Shown here in pieces: positions 1-11,684 of a stretch of 64,000 nucleotides of DNA (the stretch's first letter is position 1; the number at the start of each line of letters is the position of its first letter). The translations under genes and the position numbers were made by a program. The DNA lies in NCBI GenBank assembly GCA_963798085.1, contig CAWCRS010000007.1, forward strand, positions 1,504,001-1,568,000, read 5' to 3'. Origin of the DNA: an uncultured Gemmatimonadales bacterium. GTDB lineage: Bacteria > Gemmatimonadota > Gemmatimonadetes > Longimicrobiales > RSA9. Under the pieces are notes generated by a model, which was not told the origin of the DNA, did not search any database, and saw only the letters and a program-made list of their open reading frames with translations.

Positions 1-2
1 TC

Positions 3-419
3 TGGGCCAGCGGCGTGGCCGTGGCGGCTGTGCGCGACGCCCGTGGCGTGCAGGGCCTCACGGTGAGTGCGTTCTCCCCGGTCTCGCTCGAGCCGCCCAT
101 GCTGCTGGTCTGCATTGCGGCCGATGCGCCGCTGCTCACCGCGCTGCGCGATGCGCGGCGTTTCACGGTCAACCTGCTGCGCGCCGACCAGAAGCGTGTG
201 GCCAGCGTGTTCGCCGATCGCTTCGTGGTCACGCCTGCCCATTTCCGGGAAGGCGACGACGCCGTTCTCGAGCCGGCCCTGGCCAGCTTCATCTGCAGCC
301 TCGCCGTGGAACACGAAGCCGGCGATCATCGCATCGTCATCGGCCGCGTGGAGCGCGTCGAGGTCGGCGCCGATGCACCGCCTCTGCTGCACTACCACCA
401 TGACTACCGCACGTTCTGA
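3..419 (+). CDS. Flavin reductase family protein (5' partial)
   Basis: Frame open from window edge: WASGVAV..GLTVSAFSPVSLEPPMLLVCI..F.VNLL..EAGDHRIVIGRV, typical flavin reductase motifs. Confidence 0.9.
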   Translation, partial: WASGVAVAAVRDARGVQGLTVSAFSPVSLEPPMLLVCIAADAPLLTALRDARRFTVNLLRADQKRVASVFADRFVVTPAHFREGDDAVLEPALASFICSLAVEHEAGDHRIVIGRVERVEVGADAPPLLHYHHDYRTF

Positions 420-472
420 TGCGGCCCCCGATAACCTCGAGTCACGACGGGGAGCGGAGGCGCCGTCGTCGC

Positions 473-853
473 CTACTCCCTGCGCAGTGCGATCAGCGGA
501 TCCACCGAAACCGCGCGGCGCGCGGGAAAGAAGCAGGCCAGCGCTCCGGCGCCCAGCAGCAGCACACTCACAGCGGCGTAGGTGACACCATCGCGAGCGG
601 ACACGCCGAATAACAGCGATGTCAGCACGCTGCCGATGGCCAGGGCGGCCGCCAGGCCGAGTCCCAGACCGGCGAGCACCAGCACCAGACCCTGACGCAC
701 CACCATGCCCAGCACGCGACCCGCCCGCGCACCCAGCGCCAGCCGGATGCCGATCTCGTTCGTGCGCTGCGCCACCGCATGGGAAAGCACGCCGTAGAGC
801 CCGCCGGCCGCCAGCAGCAGCGCAATCAGCGCGAACATGGCGAGGAGCAGCAA
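473..853 (-). CDS. FtsX/ADOP-type ABC permease C-terminal domain only (possible remnant)
   Basis: LAAGGLYGVLSHAVAQRTNEIGIRLALGA...PARRAVSVDPLIALRRE is the C-terminus of MacB/ADOP permeases; only 126 aa are present. Confidence 0.75.
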   Translation of the reverse strand: MLLLAMFALIALLLAAGGLYGVLSHAVAQRTNEIGIRLALGARAGRVLGMVVRQGLVLVLAGLGLGLAAALAIGSVLTSLLFGVSARDGVTYAAVSVLLLGAGALACFFPARRAVSVDPLIALRRE

Positions 854-871
854 CAGTTGCTGGGTCGAGTC

Positions 872-1729
872 CTAACCATCTGTTTGGGACCGGGCGCTGA
901 GCCAGGTCCGCAGCTCCCAGAGTTCGGGAAAGAACCGCGCATCGAGGGTGGTGCGCAGGTAGGCGACGCCGCTGCTGCCGCCGGTGCCGGGTTTGGAGCC
1001 GATCATGCGCTCGACCATGGCGACATGACGCAGGCGCCAGAGGTAGAAGGTTTCGTCGAATTCGATGAGTGCTTCGGCCAGGAGATAGAGGTCGTAATGC
1101 TCGCGCGGGTGCTGGTAGATGCGGACCAGCTCCCGCACGCGCGGCGGCATGACGGGCTCTGCGCTGCCGTGGGCATCAGCGGCGGTCGCGGCGGGCGCGT
1201 CGTTCCCGTTGAAGCCGCGACGCGCCAGCAGCGCGTAGAAACGCTCGCCCACGGTGGGACCGGCGAGGCGGCGCTCGAGCTCGGCGCGGACCGGGTTTTC
1301 GGGCGCGTGGTGCTTCAGCACTGCCGGGTCCTTGCGGCCGCAGAGGAATTCCAGTGCGCGAAACTGCGCGGACTGGAAGCCGCTGGCGGGCATGAGGTGA
1401 TCGCGGAACGTGAGGAAATCGTTGGGCGTCATGGTCTCGAGCACGTTGATCTGCTCGATGAGCACGCGCTCGATCTCAATGCAGCGGCGCAGCAGGCGGT
1501 GCGCGCCCAGCGTATCACCGGCATCGAGGCACTCGATCACGCCATCGACTTCGTGCAGCAGCTGCTTGAACCACAGCTCGTACACCTGGTGGATGGTGAT
1601 GAAGAGCAGCTCGTCGTGCTGTGGCGGATCAGAGAGCAGCTGCTGCAGGCGCAGCAGCTCGGGCAGCTTCAGGTAGCTGCCGTAGCTGAGTCGCGGTTCT
1701 CCGTCTGCGGGGGTGATGCCGAAGGGCAT
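872..1729 (-). CDS. kynA: Tryptophan 2,3-dioxygenase
   Basis: YGSYLKLPELL, HDELLFITIHQVYELWFKQ, ASGFQSAQFR, VERMIGSKPGTGGSSG; ATG at 1729 preceded by GGAG. Confidence 0.95.
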   Translation of the reverse strand: MPFGITPADGEPRLSYGSYLKLPELLRLQQLLSDPPQHDELLFITIHQVYELWFKQLLHEVDGVIECLDAGDTLGAHRLLRRCIEIERVLIEQINVLETMTPNDFLTFRDHLMPASGFQSAQFRALEFLCGRKDPAVLKHHAPENPVRAELERRLAGPTVGERFYALLARRGFNGNDAPAATAADAHGSAEPVMPPRVRELVRIYQHPREHYDLYLLAEALIEFDETFYLWRLRHVAMVERMIGSKPGTGGSSGVAYLRTTLDARFFPELWELRTWLSARSQTDG

Positions 1730-1986
1730 GAATCGCTCCGCCTCGAGGAATGCCGTTGCCATGGAATTGTCGCGGTTGCCGGACGGACGCGGCAATACAC
1801 CCGCGTGCTGACTACGTTGCCGCTGTCCGAGTCTCCACCCTATTGTGCAGGTCACAAGACCCGCCGTCCTGCTCCGGGCACCACCTCGCTGCCGGGTGCG
1901 CGCTGCTTTTCGGGCGGGAAGGGAACGCGCTGTTTGACCGGGCCGGGTCCTGTGCGTCGTTCCATTGGGGCCACTGACCGAGGCGC

Positions 1987-2433
1987 ATGCAGATACCGAC
2001 ACCGTCCTGGCTGCTGGTCTTCTGGTGCGGGCTCTGCGCATCCATCGCCAGCGAATGGCTGATGGCCGCGGCGACCGCGCTGGTGTCGCGTCCGTCGGCC
2101 GCGCGGCGGGCAGGCACGCCGCGCTTCATGACGCGTCCGCGGGGCAGCATCCCGTTCGCACTGGTCTCCGGCACACTCGTGTTCGCGCCGCTCTACGGCC
2201 TGGCGTTCGAGTGGTGGCGGCGCGCCAATGTGGCATCGGGTGCCCTGCTGGGTGTGGCGCACGGCGTACTCGCCGGCTCGATCGTGCTTTTCGGTCTGCT
2301 GCGCCGGCGCGCACGCGAACCGCGTGAAGCGACGCTCAAGCCCATGCTGTTCTACCGCGGCCGGCGCCTGCTCACACGCGTGCTCTACGGCGCGCTCATG
2401 GGTTTCCTCTACGTCGTGCCGCCGCTGCACTGA
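1987..2433 (+). CDS. Hypothetical membrane protein (about 4 TM segments)
   Basis: Hydrophobic segments; stop overlaps argR start (TGATG). Confidence 0.65.
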   Translation: MQIPTPSWLLVFWCGLCASIASEWLMAAATALVSRPSAARRAGTPRFMTRPRGSIPFALVSGTLVFAPLYGLAFEWWRRANVASGALLGVAHGVLAGSIVLFGLLRRRAREPREATLKPMLFYRGRRLLTRVLYGALMGFLYVVPPLH

Positions 2434-2891
2434 TGCCCAAGTCCGAGCGCCACACCGCCATTCGCGAACTGATGCAGAAGCATCGCATCTCCAGCCAGGA
2501 GGATCTGCGGGAGCTGCTGGCGCAGCACGGCTTCGACGTGGCCCAGGCCACGCTCTCCCGCGACATCCGGGAGCTGCGCCTGATCAAGGTGCCGGACGCC
2601 GCCGGCGGCCACCACTACACACTGCCGCCCGAGGCATGGGACAGCACACCACCGCTGCGCCGCCTGCTGCCCGCCCTCTTCGTGGGCGCCGAAGGCACGC
2701 GCAATCTCCTCATCCTCAAGACGCTCGCGGGCGGCGCGCAGGCGCTGGCCGAAGCCATCGACTGGGAGGAATGGCCCGAGGTCCTCGGTACGCTTGCCGG
2801 CAATGACACCATCCTCCTGATCCTCCGCCAGGATGACCAGCTTCCCGCAGTGCAGCGCCGTATCGAGGACATTGCCGGCGAAGTAGAATAA
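2433..2891 (+). CDS. argR: Arginine repressor
   Basis: SSQEDL..L..GFDVAQATLSRDIREL, ILKTLAGGAQ, GTLAG(N)DT. Confidence 0.95.
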   Translation: MPKSERHTAIRELMQKHRISSQEDLRELLAQHGFDVAQATLSRDIRELRLIKVPDAAGGHHYTLPPEAWDSTPPLRRLLPALFVGAEGTRNLLILKTLAGGAQALAEAIDWEEWPEVLGTLAGNDTILLILRQDDQLPAVQRRIEDIAGEVE

Positions 2892-2985
2892 ATCTCTCAA
2901 TTCCTTGCTCCTCCCAGCTCCCGCGCCGTGCCCGCCCCTCCGGGCTGGCCGGGGCTGGACCATCCCCTTGCCCTCGCCGGCGATG

Positions 2986-3024
2986 ATTGTATGTTTATGC
3001 GATCATGGTGAATAATAGCCATCC
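2986..3024 (+). promoter_or_regulatory. Tandem ARG boxes (ArgR operator) overlapping argC start
   Basis: ATTGTATGTTTATGCGAT (2986-3003), 3 nt gap, GGTGAATAATAGCCATCC (3007-3024); AT-rich island resembling the WNTGMATWWWWATKCANW consensus with E. coli-type 3-bp spacing. Confidence 0.7.
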
Positions 3025-3979
3025 GACCCGCACCGCTATCCTGGGCGCTTCCGGCTACACCGGCCAGGAAGTGCTGCGCCTGCTGCGCAACCACCCGCGC
3101 TTCCGGCTGAGCAGTGTGACGTCGGAATCGGAAAAGGGCGGTCGCGTGCCGGGCACAGCGCTGCGCTACGTCGCTTCGGACGATGTGCGGCTCGAGGATG
3201 CCGAGCTGGTGTTCGCCTGCCTGCCCCATGGCGAGTCAGGCGCGTGGTCGGCGCGTGCGCAGGCGGCGGGGGCGCGTGTCGTGGATCTGTCGGCGGACCT
3301 GCGTGCGGGCGCACAGGGTGCGGTCTACGGTGTGCCCGAGCTGTGGCGCGACTGCATTCGCGGGCGCACGCTGGTCGCGAATCCCGGCTGTTATCCCACC
3401 GGGGTGCTGCTGGCGCTGGCGCCCCTCATAACACAGGGTTTGGTGGATGCGTCGCGGCCGGTGCTGATCGATGCGGCCTCGGGTGTGACGGGTGCGGGGC
3501 GGTCGGCGAAGCGCGAGTACCTGTTTGGCGAGGTGGCGGAGGACTACCGGGCGTACGCGGTGGGCAACACGCACCGGCACGTGCCGGAGATCGCGGCGGG
3601 ACTGGCGCGCATTGCCGGAGGCGACGCACCGGAGTTCGTGTTCACGCCGCATCTGCTGCCGGTCCGGCGAGGCATCCTGGAGACACTGTATGTGCCGGTG
3701 CAGTCCGGCGTGACGCCGGCGCAGGCGATCGCCGCGAGCTGCGCGGCATACGCTGCGGAGCCGTGCATCAATGTGCTCGAGGAGGGACTGCCTTCGCTGC
3801 GCGCTGTGGTCTGCACGAATCGATTGGCCATCGGATTTGCGGAAGTGGTGGGCGTGCGCGCACCGCTGCTCACCTGCGTCGTCGCCTTCGACAACCTGCT
3901 CAAGGGCGCGGCCGGCCAGGCGCTGCAGAACGCCAACCTGATGCTGGGCTACCCGGAGCTCGAAGGGATACCGCTGTGA
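3005..3979 (+). CDS. argC: N-acetyl-gamma-glutamyl-phosphate reductase
   Basis: ILGASGYTGQE, CLPHG, DLSADLR, ANPGCYPT, SGVTGAGR, DNLLKGAAGQALQNAN. Confidence 0.95.
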   Translation: MVNNSHPTRTAILGASGYTGQEVLRLLRNHPRFRLSSVTSESEKGGRVPGTALRYVASDDVRLEDAELVFACLPHGESGAWSARAQAAGARVVDLSADLRAGAQGAVYGVPELWRDCIRGRTLVANPGCYPTGVLLALAPLITQGLVDASRPVLIDAASGVTGAGRSAKREYLFGEVAEDYRAYAVGNTHRHVPEIAAGLARIAGGDAPEFVFTPHLLPVRRGILETLYVPVQSGVTPAQAIAASCAAYAAEPCINVLEEGLPSLRAVVCTNRLAIGFAEVVGVRAPLLTCVVAFDNLLKGAAGQALQNANLMLGYPELEGIPL

Positions 3980-4743
3980 GCGCGCGCGTGGTGAAGATCG
4001 GCGGCGCCGCACTGGCGGACGCGGCCTGGCTGGCACAGTTCGGCACGCACCTGGTGCAATCGGGCGAGCCGGTGATCGTGGTGCACGGCGGCGGTCCGGA
4101 CATCAATCGTCTGTCGGAGCGGCTGGCGCTCGAGTACACCTGGGTGGAGGGCCGGCGGGTTACGTCGCCCGAGCTGATGGATGTGGTGTCCATGGTGCTG
4201 ACCGGGCTGGTGAACAAGCGCATCGTGGCGTCGCTGCTGGATGCGGGCGCGGACGCCATCGGCGTTTCCGGCGAGGACGGAGGCCTGCTGACAGCAGTGT
4301 TCGCAGAGGGCGGCGCGCTGGGGCGCGTGGGTCATGTCGATCAGGTGCGCACGGAGCTGCTGCACTGGCTCACGGAGCGGGGCATGGTGCCCGTGGTGTC
4401 GCCGGTGTCGCGCGGGCCCGATGGCCGGGCGCTGAATGTGAATGCCGATGAGGCGGCGGCGGCGCTGGCGGCGGCGCTGGGCGCGTCCGAGCTGCTCTTC
4501 ATCACGGATGTGGCGGGGGTCATGGATGGTGGTGTGCAGCGGCCCGAGCTGAACGCGGCGGAAGCACGCGCCATGATCGATGCGGGAACCGCGACCGGCG
4601 GCATGGCGCTCAAGCTGAACGCCGCGCTCAAGGCGCTGGAAATGGGAGTCACGCGAGTGCGCATCGGGCGCTTTGCCGCGCTGCACGACGCAGCGGCCGG
4701 CACGCGCGTGCGCCACGAGACGGAGGTGCTCACGTGTCTGTGA
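3976..4743 (+). CDS. argB: Acetylglutamate kinase
   Basis: VVKIGG, VHGGG, GRRVT, LNVNADEAA, TDVAGV, GGMALKL; GTG overlaps argC stop. Confidence 0.93.
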   Translation: MSARVVKIGGAALADAAWLAQFGTHLVQSGEPVIVVHGGGPDINRLSERLALEYTWVEGRRVTSPELMDVVSMVLTGLVNKRIVASLLDAGADAIGVSGEDGGLLTAVFAEGGALGRVGHVDQVRTELLHWLTERGMVPVVSPVSRGPDGRALNVNADEAAAALAAALGASELLFITDVAGVMDGGVQRPELNAAEARAMIDAGTATGGMALKLNAALKALEMGVTRVRIGRFAALHDAAAGTRVRHETEVLTCL

Positions 4744-5927
4744 TGACGACGGAGGCGGCGACGCGTGCGGCTACGAGCGCGTTGCTGGGCGTGTACAAGC
4801 GGGCGCAGCCGCTGTTCGTGTCGGGGCGTGGCTGCTACCTGATGGACGATGCGGGCCGCTCGTGGCTCGATCTCACCAGCGGGATCGGCGTCAACGCGTT
4901 CGGGTACGGCAATGCCGGGATCGAGGCTGCCATACAGGAAGCGCTGGAGGCCGGGCTCATCCACGTCTCGAACCTGTTCCGCACACGCCCGGGCGAGGAG
5001 CTGGCGGACGAGCTGGTGGCCCGTTCCTTCGCGGATCATGTCTTCTTCTGCAACTCGGGCGGCGAGTCGATCGAGGCGGCCATCAAGTTTGCGCGGCGTC
5101 ACGCGCGCGGGGTGGGCGGCGCGGCCAAGCACGAGATCGTATCGCTGAAGGGCTCGTTCCATGGCCGCCTGTTCGGTTCACTGGCCATCACGGATCGGCC
5201 GGCTTACCAGGCGCCATTCGAGCCACTCATGCCCGGTGCGCACATTGTGCCGGCCACACTGGACGACGTGGGCGCGGCGGTATCCGCCGAGCGCACGGCC
5301 GCCATCGTGGTGGAGCCGGTGCAGGGCGAGGGCGGTGTGGTGCCGCTGCCGGCCGAGCTGCTGCGCGGCCTGCGCGCCATCGCGGACGCTGCGAACGCGT
5401 TGTTAGTATTCGACGAAGTGCAGTGCGGCCTGGGTCGTACGGGCCACCTGTTCGCCTACCAGGCGACGGGCGTGACGCCCGACATTCTCACACTGGCGAA
5501 GCCGCTCGCGGGCGGCCTGCCCATGGGCGCGGTGCTGCTGACGGAAGAGGTGGCGGCGTCGCTCAAGCCGGGCGATCACGCGACCACGTTCGGGGGCGGG
5601 CCGCTGGTGGCGCAGGTGGCGCTCTCCGTGATCCGGCGCGTGGCGCAGCCCGCATTCCTGGAGAGCGTGCGCGCGCGCGGCGCGCAGATCCGTGCGGCGG
5701 CGGCGGCCTGGCAGGCGGAAGGCCGCATCGTGCAGGGTCGCGGCGCCGGCCTCATGTGGGGTCTCGAACTCGATGCACCCGCCTCGCCTGTGGTGGCGCG
5801 CGCGCTGGATGCGGGAGTGCTGGCGCTCACCGCGGGCGAGCGCGTGGTGCGCCTGCTGCCGCCCCTGGTGATCGCCGCGGCGGAGCTGGCCGAGGGTCTG
5901 GATATCCTGAGCGCCGCCATCGGCTGA
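4734..5927 (+). CDS. argD: Acetylornithine aminotransferase
   Basis: NSGGESIEAAIK, SFHGR, EPVQGEGG, FDEVQCGLGRTG, TLAKPLAGGLP. Confidence 0.93.
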   Translation: MSVMTTEAATRAATSALLGVYKRAQPLFVSGRGCYLMDDAGRSWLDLTSGIGVNAFGYGNAGIEAAIQEALEAGLIHVSNLFRTRPGEELADELVARSFADHVFFCNSGGESIEAAIKFARRHARGVGGAAKHEIVSLKGSFHGRLFGSLAITDRPAYQAPFEPLMPGAHIVPATLDDVGAAVSAERTAAIVVEPVQGEGGVVPLPAELLRGLRAIADAANALLVFDEVQCGLGRTGHLFAYQATGVTPDILTLAKPLAGGLPMGAVLLTEEVAASLKPGDHATTFGGGPLVAQVALSVIRRVAQPAFLESVRARGAQIRAAAAAWQAEGRIVQGRGAGLMWGLELDAPASPVVARALDAGVLALTAGERVVRLLPPLVIAAAELAEGLDILSAAIG

Positions 5928-6005
5928 ACGGGGCGCCGGGCTCACGCGCCCCGCCTGACACGATGCTAATGACCGGTTGATCGAGACGAAACGAGGAGGC
6001 GTTCA

Positions 6006-7232
<1,227 letters not shown>

Positions 7233-7282
7233 TGATCCGGACGCGGCACCGTAGGCTCCGCGCTGGAGCACTCGACGGCCTG

Positions 7283-8735
7283 ATGACGCACGAGAACGCG
7301 GCGGATTCCGGCGTGTCGCGGGATGGGGCACGGCCGGTGGAGGCGGGTGGCGCCGGGCATCGTCTCTGGGGTGGGCGCTACGCCGCCGGCCCCGCGCCCA
7401 CGCTGGAAGCGCTGAATCGCAGCCTGCCCGTCGATGTCCGACTCTGGCGCGAGGATATGGAAGGCAGTCGCGCCTGGGTGCAGGCGCTGCTGCGTGCGGG
7501 CGTGCTGACGGCGGACGAGGCGAGTGCGCTGGACCGCGGGCTGCAGGCCGTGCACACGCGGCTTGCCGCGGGCGCCGCTGAAGGCGCGGCCGACGAGGAC
7601 ATCCACACGCTCGTCGAGCGACTGCTGTACGAAGAGAGTCGGCGACGTCGCGGGCAAGCTGCACACGGGCCGCTCGCGCAACGACCAGGTCGCAACCGAC
7701 ACTCGCCTCTGGGCGATGCGCGCGACTCGAGCGCATCGCGGCCGCGCTGGCCGCGCTGCAGCTCGCGCTGGTCGAGCAGGCGAGCGCCACGCTCGACGTG
7801 TTCATGCCCTCCTACACGCACCTGCGGCGCGCCCAGCCCGATGCGCGTGGCGCACTGGCTGCTGGCGCATTTCTGGGCGCTGCAGCGCGACCGCGCGCGC
7901 ATTGAACGGATGCGCCGTGCGTGTGTCCGTGCTGCCGCTGGGCTCGGGCGCGATCGCGGGCAGCGGCTTCCCGGTCGACCGCATGCTGCTGTGCGAGCTG
8001 CTCGGGATTCCGGTCGGTCTCCCCGAATTCACTCGATGCGGTGGGTGATCGCGACTGGATCGCCGAGGTGGTGTTCGTTGCGCGCTCAGGGCGACGCATC
8101 TCTCCCGCCTGGCGGAGGACCTGATCATCGTTCTCGACGGAGGAATTCGGTTTCGTCGAGCTGCCCGAGGCATACACCACGGGCTCGAGCCTGATGCCGC
8201 AGAAGCGCAATCCGGATGGCCTCGAGCTGGCGCGCGGCATGGCGGCGCGGCTCATCGGTGAGGCGGCCGGTGCATTCGCCATGCTGAAGTCCATGCCCTC
8301 CGGCTATAACAAGGACTTTCAGGAAGACAAGCGCATGCTGTTCAGCGCAGTCGAGCACGCCTGATCACGCTGCTGCCCGCGACACGGCGAGACGATTGCC
8401 GGCCTGGTCTTCGCGCGGACCGATTGCACGCAGGCCGTCGGCGATGAGTCGCTCACGGCGACCGACCTGGCGGACGAGCTGGTGCGGCGAGGCGTGCCCT
8501 TCCGAGAGGCGCACGCGGCGGTGGGCCGTCTGCTGCGTCCGCGGCGGACGCGGCCGGTGTGCGCCCCAGCGCGCTGCCCGACGCGGCATGGGCGGCGGCG
8601 CACGCTGCCTTCCTCCATGGTGGCAGACCCGAGGTCAGCGCGGAACGCTCCGCCGAAGCCCGCAACGTGCAGGGTGGCACGGGCCGTGCGGCGGTGCTGC
8701 GCCAGATCGAGGAGGCGCAGGCCGCGCTCGCGTAG
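7283..8735 (+). CDS. argH: Argininosuccinate lyase (several frameshifts, probably sequencing errors)
   Basis: Motifs across frames: [69 protein letters not shown]. Confidence 0.9.
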
Positions 8736-8903
8736 GGAATTCCCGCCGCGAACGCGAACGGGAGACGTCGCCTGCAATCGTTGCACGATCCCGCCACGCT
8801 GCTGCGGCGCGCCGCCCGCATTTTCATTGCAACCGACGTTGCAGCCTCCCCTTTCTCCTCGGAACGACGCTTCGGCCAGTACGCGCGCTGGCGGGTATCT
8901 GCT

Positions 8904-8932
8904 TTGCAGGCGGGCGCTTCGCTTCCTAGATT
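8904..8932 (+). promoter_or_regulatory. Putative sigma70 promoter for the aldolase operon
   Basis: TTGCAG-17 nt-TAGATT upstream of GGAGG RBS and ATG 8971. Confidence 0.5.
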
Positions 8933-8970
8933 CGGCGCGCCAACCGGACTCAGCAAACGCGGGAGGACAC

Positions 8971-9900
8971 ATGAATGCGACCACGCTGGAGCGGTCCGCG
9001 GCGCAGGCCAGCCGCCCCATTCTTTCGGACCTGGATCTGCCGCTCGGCAAGCGGACTCGGCTGCGGCGACTGCTCTACGAAACGGTGTCGGCAACGGCAC
9101 GCTGCTCATCCTGCCCATCGATCAGGGCGATCGAGCACGGGCCGGTGGACTTCTTCCCGAATCCGGCCTCCAAGGACCCCGAGTTCCAGTGGCGGCTCGC
9201 GGCGGAAGGCGGCTACAACGCGATCGCCTGTCACTGGGGCCTCGCGCGCATGTACATGGCAAGTATGCGGGCCGTGTGCCGCTCATCCTCAAGCTGAACG
9301 GCGCAGACAACATTCCGAGCGACGGCGAAGGCATTCTCGACGTGCACGCGTCGGTCGAAGATGCCTGGCGATCGGCGCCGACGCGGTGGGCTACACGCTG
9401 TATGTAGGATCGCCCCGTCAGGACGAGGATATCGATCAGCTCCGCCGTGTTCGCGAAGCGTGCGAGAAATGGGGCATGCCGCTCATCATCTGGTCGTATC
9501 CGCGCGGCTCGGCCATCGAGGAGAAGGGCGGCCGGGATTCGCTCTACGCGGTGGACTACGCGTCCCGCCTGGCCCACGAATGCGGCGCGGACATCATCAA
9601 GCTGAACGAGCCGAAGAAGAGCGAAAAGGATGCGCAGCAGCCCAAGCCGTACAACACGCTCGAATGGACAGCCGGAGGAGGGCCGCGGCGGGTGGTCGAG
9701 TCGGCCGGCCGCTCGATGGTGCTGTTCAGCGGCGGCAGCAAGATCAGTGATGAGGATCTGCTGGACAAAGGCGAAGCGGACGATGGAGCAGGGGGCGACG
9801 GGTCTCGATCTTCGGTCGCAATCTCTGGCAGCGTCCGATGGACCAGGCGCTGAAGATCACGGAGCGCATCAAGGCCCTGTTGCGCCAGTTCCCGGCCTGA
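8971..9900 (+). CDS. Class I (DhnA/FbaB-type) fructose-bisphosphate aldolase, frameshifted
   Basis: [66 protein letters not shown] across frames. Confidence 0.88.
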
Positions 9901-10632
9901 TGCCGCCCAGCGAACCTGCAGAAAGGACGACGGGATCGGCGCAGGGAAGCGGGCAGCCGCCGTGCGGGCGGTCGAGTTCGTCGAGTCGGGCATGCAGCCT
10001 CGGACTCGGAACGGGCTCGACCGCTCGTCATTTTCTCGACGTCCTGGCCGATCGCCTGCGCGTGGGTTCGACTCAAGGACATCATCGGCGTCCAACATCC
10101 ACGGCGACGAGCGATACGCTCACGAGGTCGGCGTCACGCTGTCGACACTCGACGACTGCCAGATCTCGATCTCACCGTAGATGGCGCAGACGAAATCGAG
10201 CCGGGCCTGAACCTGATCAAGGGTCACGGCGGCGCGCTGCTGTGGGAGAAGATGGTGGCCGGCGTGTCCGCCCGTCTGATCATCATTGCGGACGACAGCA
10301 AGCTCGTCGACCGGCTCGGCTCCACGGTGTCTCTGCCGGTCGAAGTGATTCCTTTCGGATGGTCGACACATCTGCCGTTCTTCGGATCGCTCGGCGCGCG
10401 GCCGGAGCTGCAGCCGCTCCGGCATGGCTTCTCCCTACACGACCGATGGTGGACACTACATCGTCGATTGTCACGTTCGACGACGGCATCCACGATCCCG
10501 CTGCGATCGAGCGACGGATGAAGGAACGGACGGGCGTGGTCGAGACAGGGTTGTTCGTGAACCGCGCGACTGCGGCAGTCATTGGAGCGGCCACGTTGAG
10601 TGCGCGTCCTCGATCCGGCGTACTCGTCATGA
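9900..10632 (+). CDS. rpiA: Ribose-5-phosphate isomerase A, frameshifted (ends approximate)
   Basis: [58 protein letters not shown]. Confidence 0.88.
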
Positions 10633-11324
10633 CGATCAAACTGGCTCCGTCGATCCTGTCCGCCGATTTCGCCCGACTCGCCGATGCCATCGCCGAAGCG
10701 GAGGCCGCGAGGCGCGGACTGGATCCACGTCGACGTGATGGATGGGCATTTCGTCCCGAACATCACGATCGGGCCGCCTGTCGTCGCGGCGATCCGGCGC
10801 AAGGTACGAAGCTGCCCCTCGATGTTCATCTCATGATCAAGCATCCCGACGCACTCCTCGAAGCGTTCGCCGGAGCCGGGCGCCGATGTCATCACGGTGC
10901 ACCAGGAAGCCAGTACCCACCTGCACCGGACGGTGGAACACATCCAATGTGGAGCGGCGCAAAGGCGGGCGTGGCCATCAATCCGGCGACACCGGTGGAC
11001 ATGCTGAGCGAAATACTGCCGTACCTCGACATGGTGCTGGTGATGAGCGTGAATCCGGGATTCGGCGGACAGCGGTTCATTCCCACGAGTCCGCAGAAAG
11101 TGGCGCAGCTGCGTGCGTCGCTGATGGAGCGTGGCCTCGACCGCGTGGCCATCGAGGTAGATGGCGGCGTGACCCCGGACACCGCGCCGCTCGTGGTGCA
11201 TGCCGGCGCCACCGTGCTCGTGGCGGGCGCAGCCGTGTTCAACGCGCAGGCAACCGTAGCCGAGAATCTCGCACGGCTGCGTGCCGCCGCGGATGCGGCC
11301 GCCGCGAAAACGCATAAGGTGTGA
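10629..11324 (+). CDS. rpe: Ribulose-phosphate 3-epimerase, frameshifted
   Basis: [53 protein letters not shown]. Confidence 0.92.
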   Translation: MTIKLAPSILSADFARLADAIAEAEAARRGLDPRRRDGWAFRPEHHDRAACRRGDPAQGTKLPLDVHLMIKHPDALLEAFAGAGRRCHHGAPGSQYPPAPDGGTHPMWSGAKAGVAINPATPVDMLSEILPYLDMVLVMSVNPGFGGQRFIPTSPQKVAQLRASLMERGLDRVAIEVDGGVTPDTAPLVVHAGATVLVAGAAVFNAQATVAENLARLRAAADAAAAKTHKV

Positions 11325-11395
11325 GTGTGCATTGTCGCGCACCTTCCGGCTTCCAGCGGTTACATTCCGCTGCTAGATTGGCGAGCCGCAAGGCA

Positions 11396-11479
11396 GCCGG
11401 GGTGGCGAAACGGCAGACGCAGCGGACTTAAAATCCGCGGCCTCAGAGAGGCATGAGGGTTCGACCCCCTCCCCCGGCA
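11396..11479 (+). tRNA. tRNA-Leu(UAA); CCA not encoded
   Basis: Acceptor GCCGGGG/CCCCGGC-A, D-arm GGCGAAACGGCAGACGC, anticodon arm GCGGA-CTTAAAA-TCCGC, long variable arm, GGTTCGACCC T-loop. Confidence 0.95.
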
Positions 11480-11505
11480 TGCTGGCAGTAGAAGAAACGG
11501 AAATG

Positions 11506-11532
11506 AAGGGGCCGCTTCTGACGGCCCCTTTT
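11506..11532 (+). terminator. Rho-independent terminator after tRNA-Leu
   Basis: AAGGGGCCG-loop-CGGCCCCTT followed by TT. Confidence 0.8.
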
Positions 11533-11684
11533 CACATCACCCGTGGAAGTGCTTCACGCTGCATGCTTGTTAGCGTAGCCGGTATCCGCATTGTCGGCTC
11601 GTTGCCCCGCGAGCGTCGGTCTATTTGAGGTAGCGAACGGCGCCGGCGATTGCCGCGGGCGCTGAAGCCGCTACCTTCGGATTC

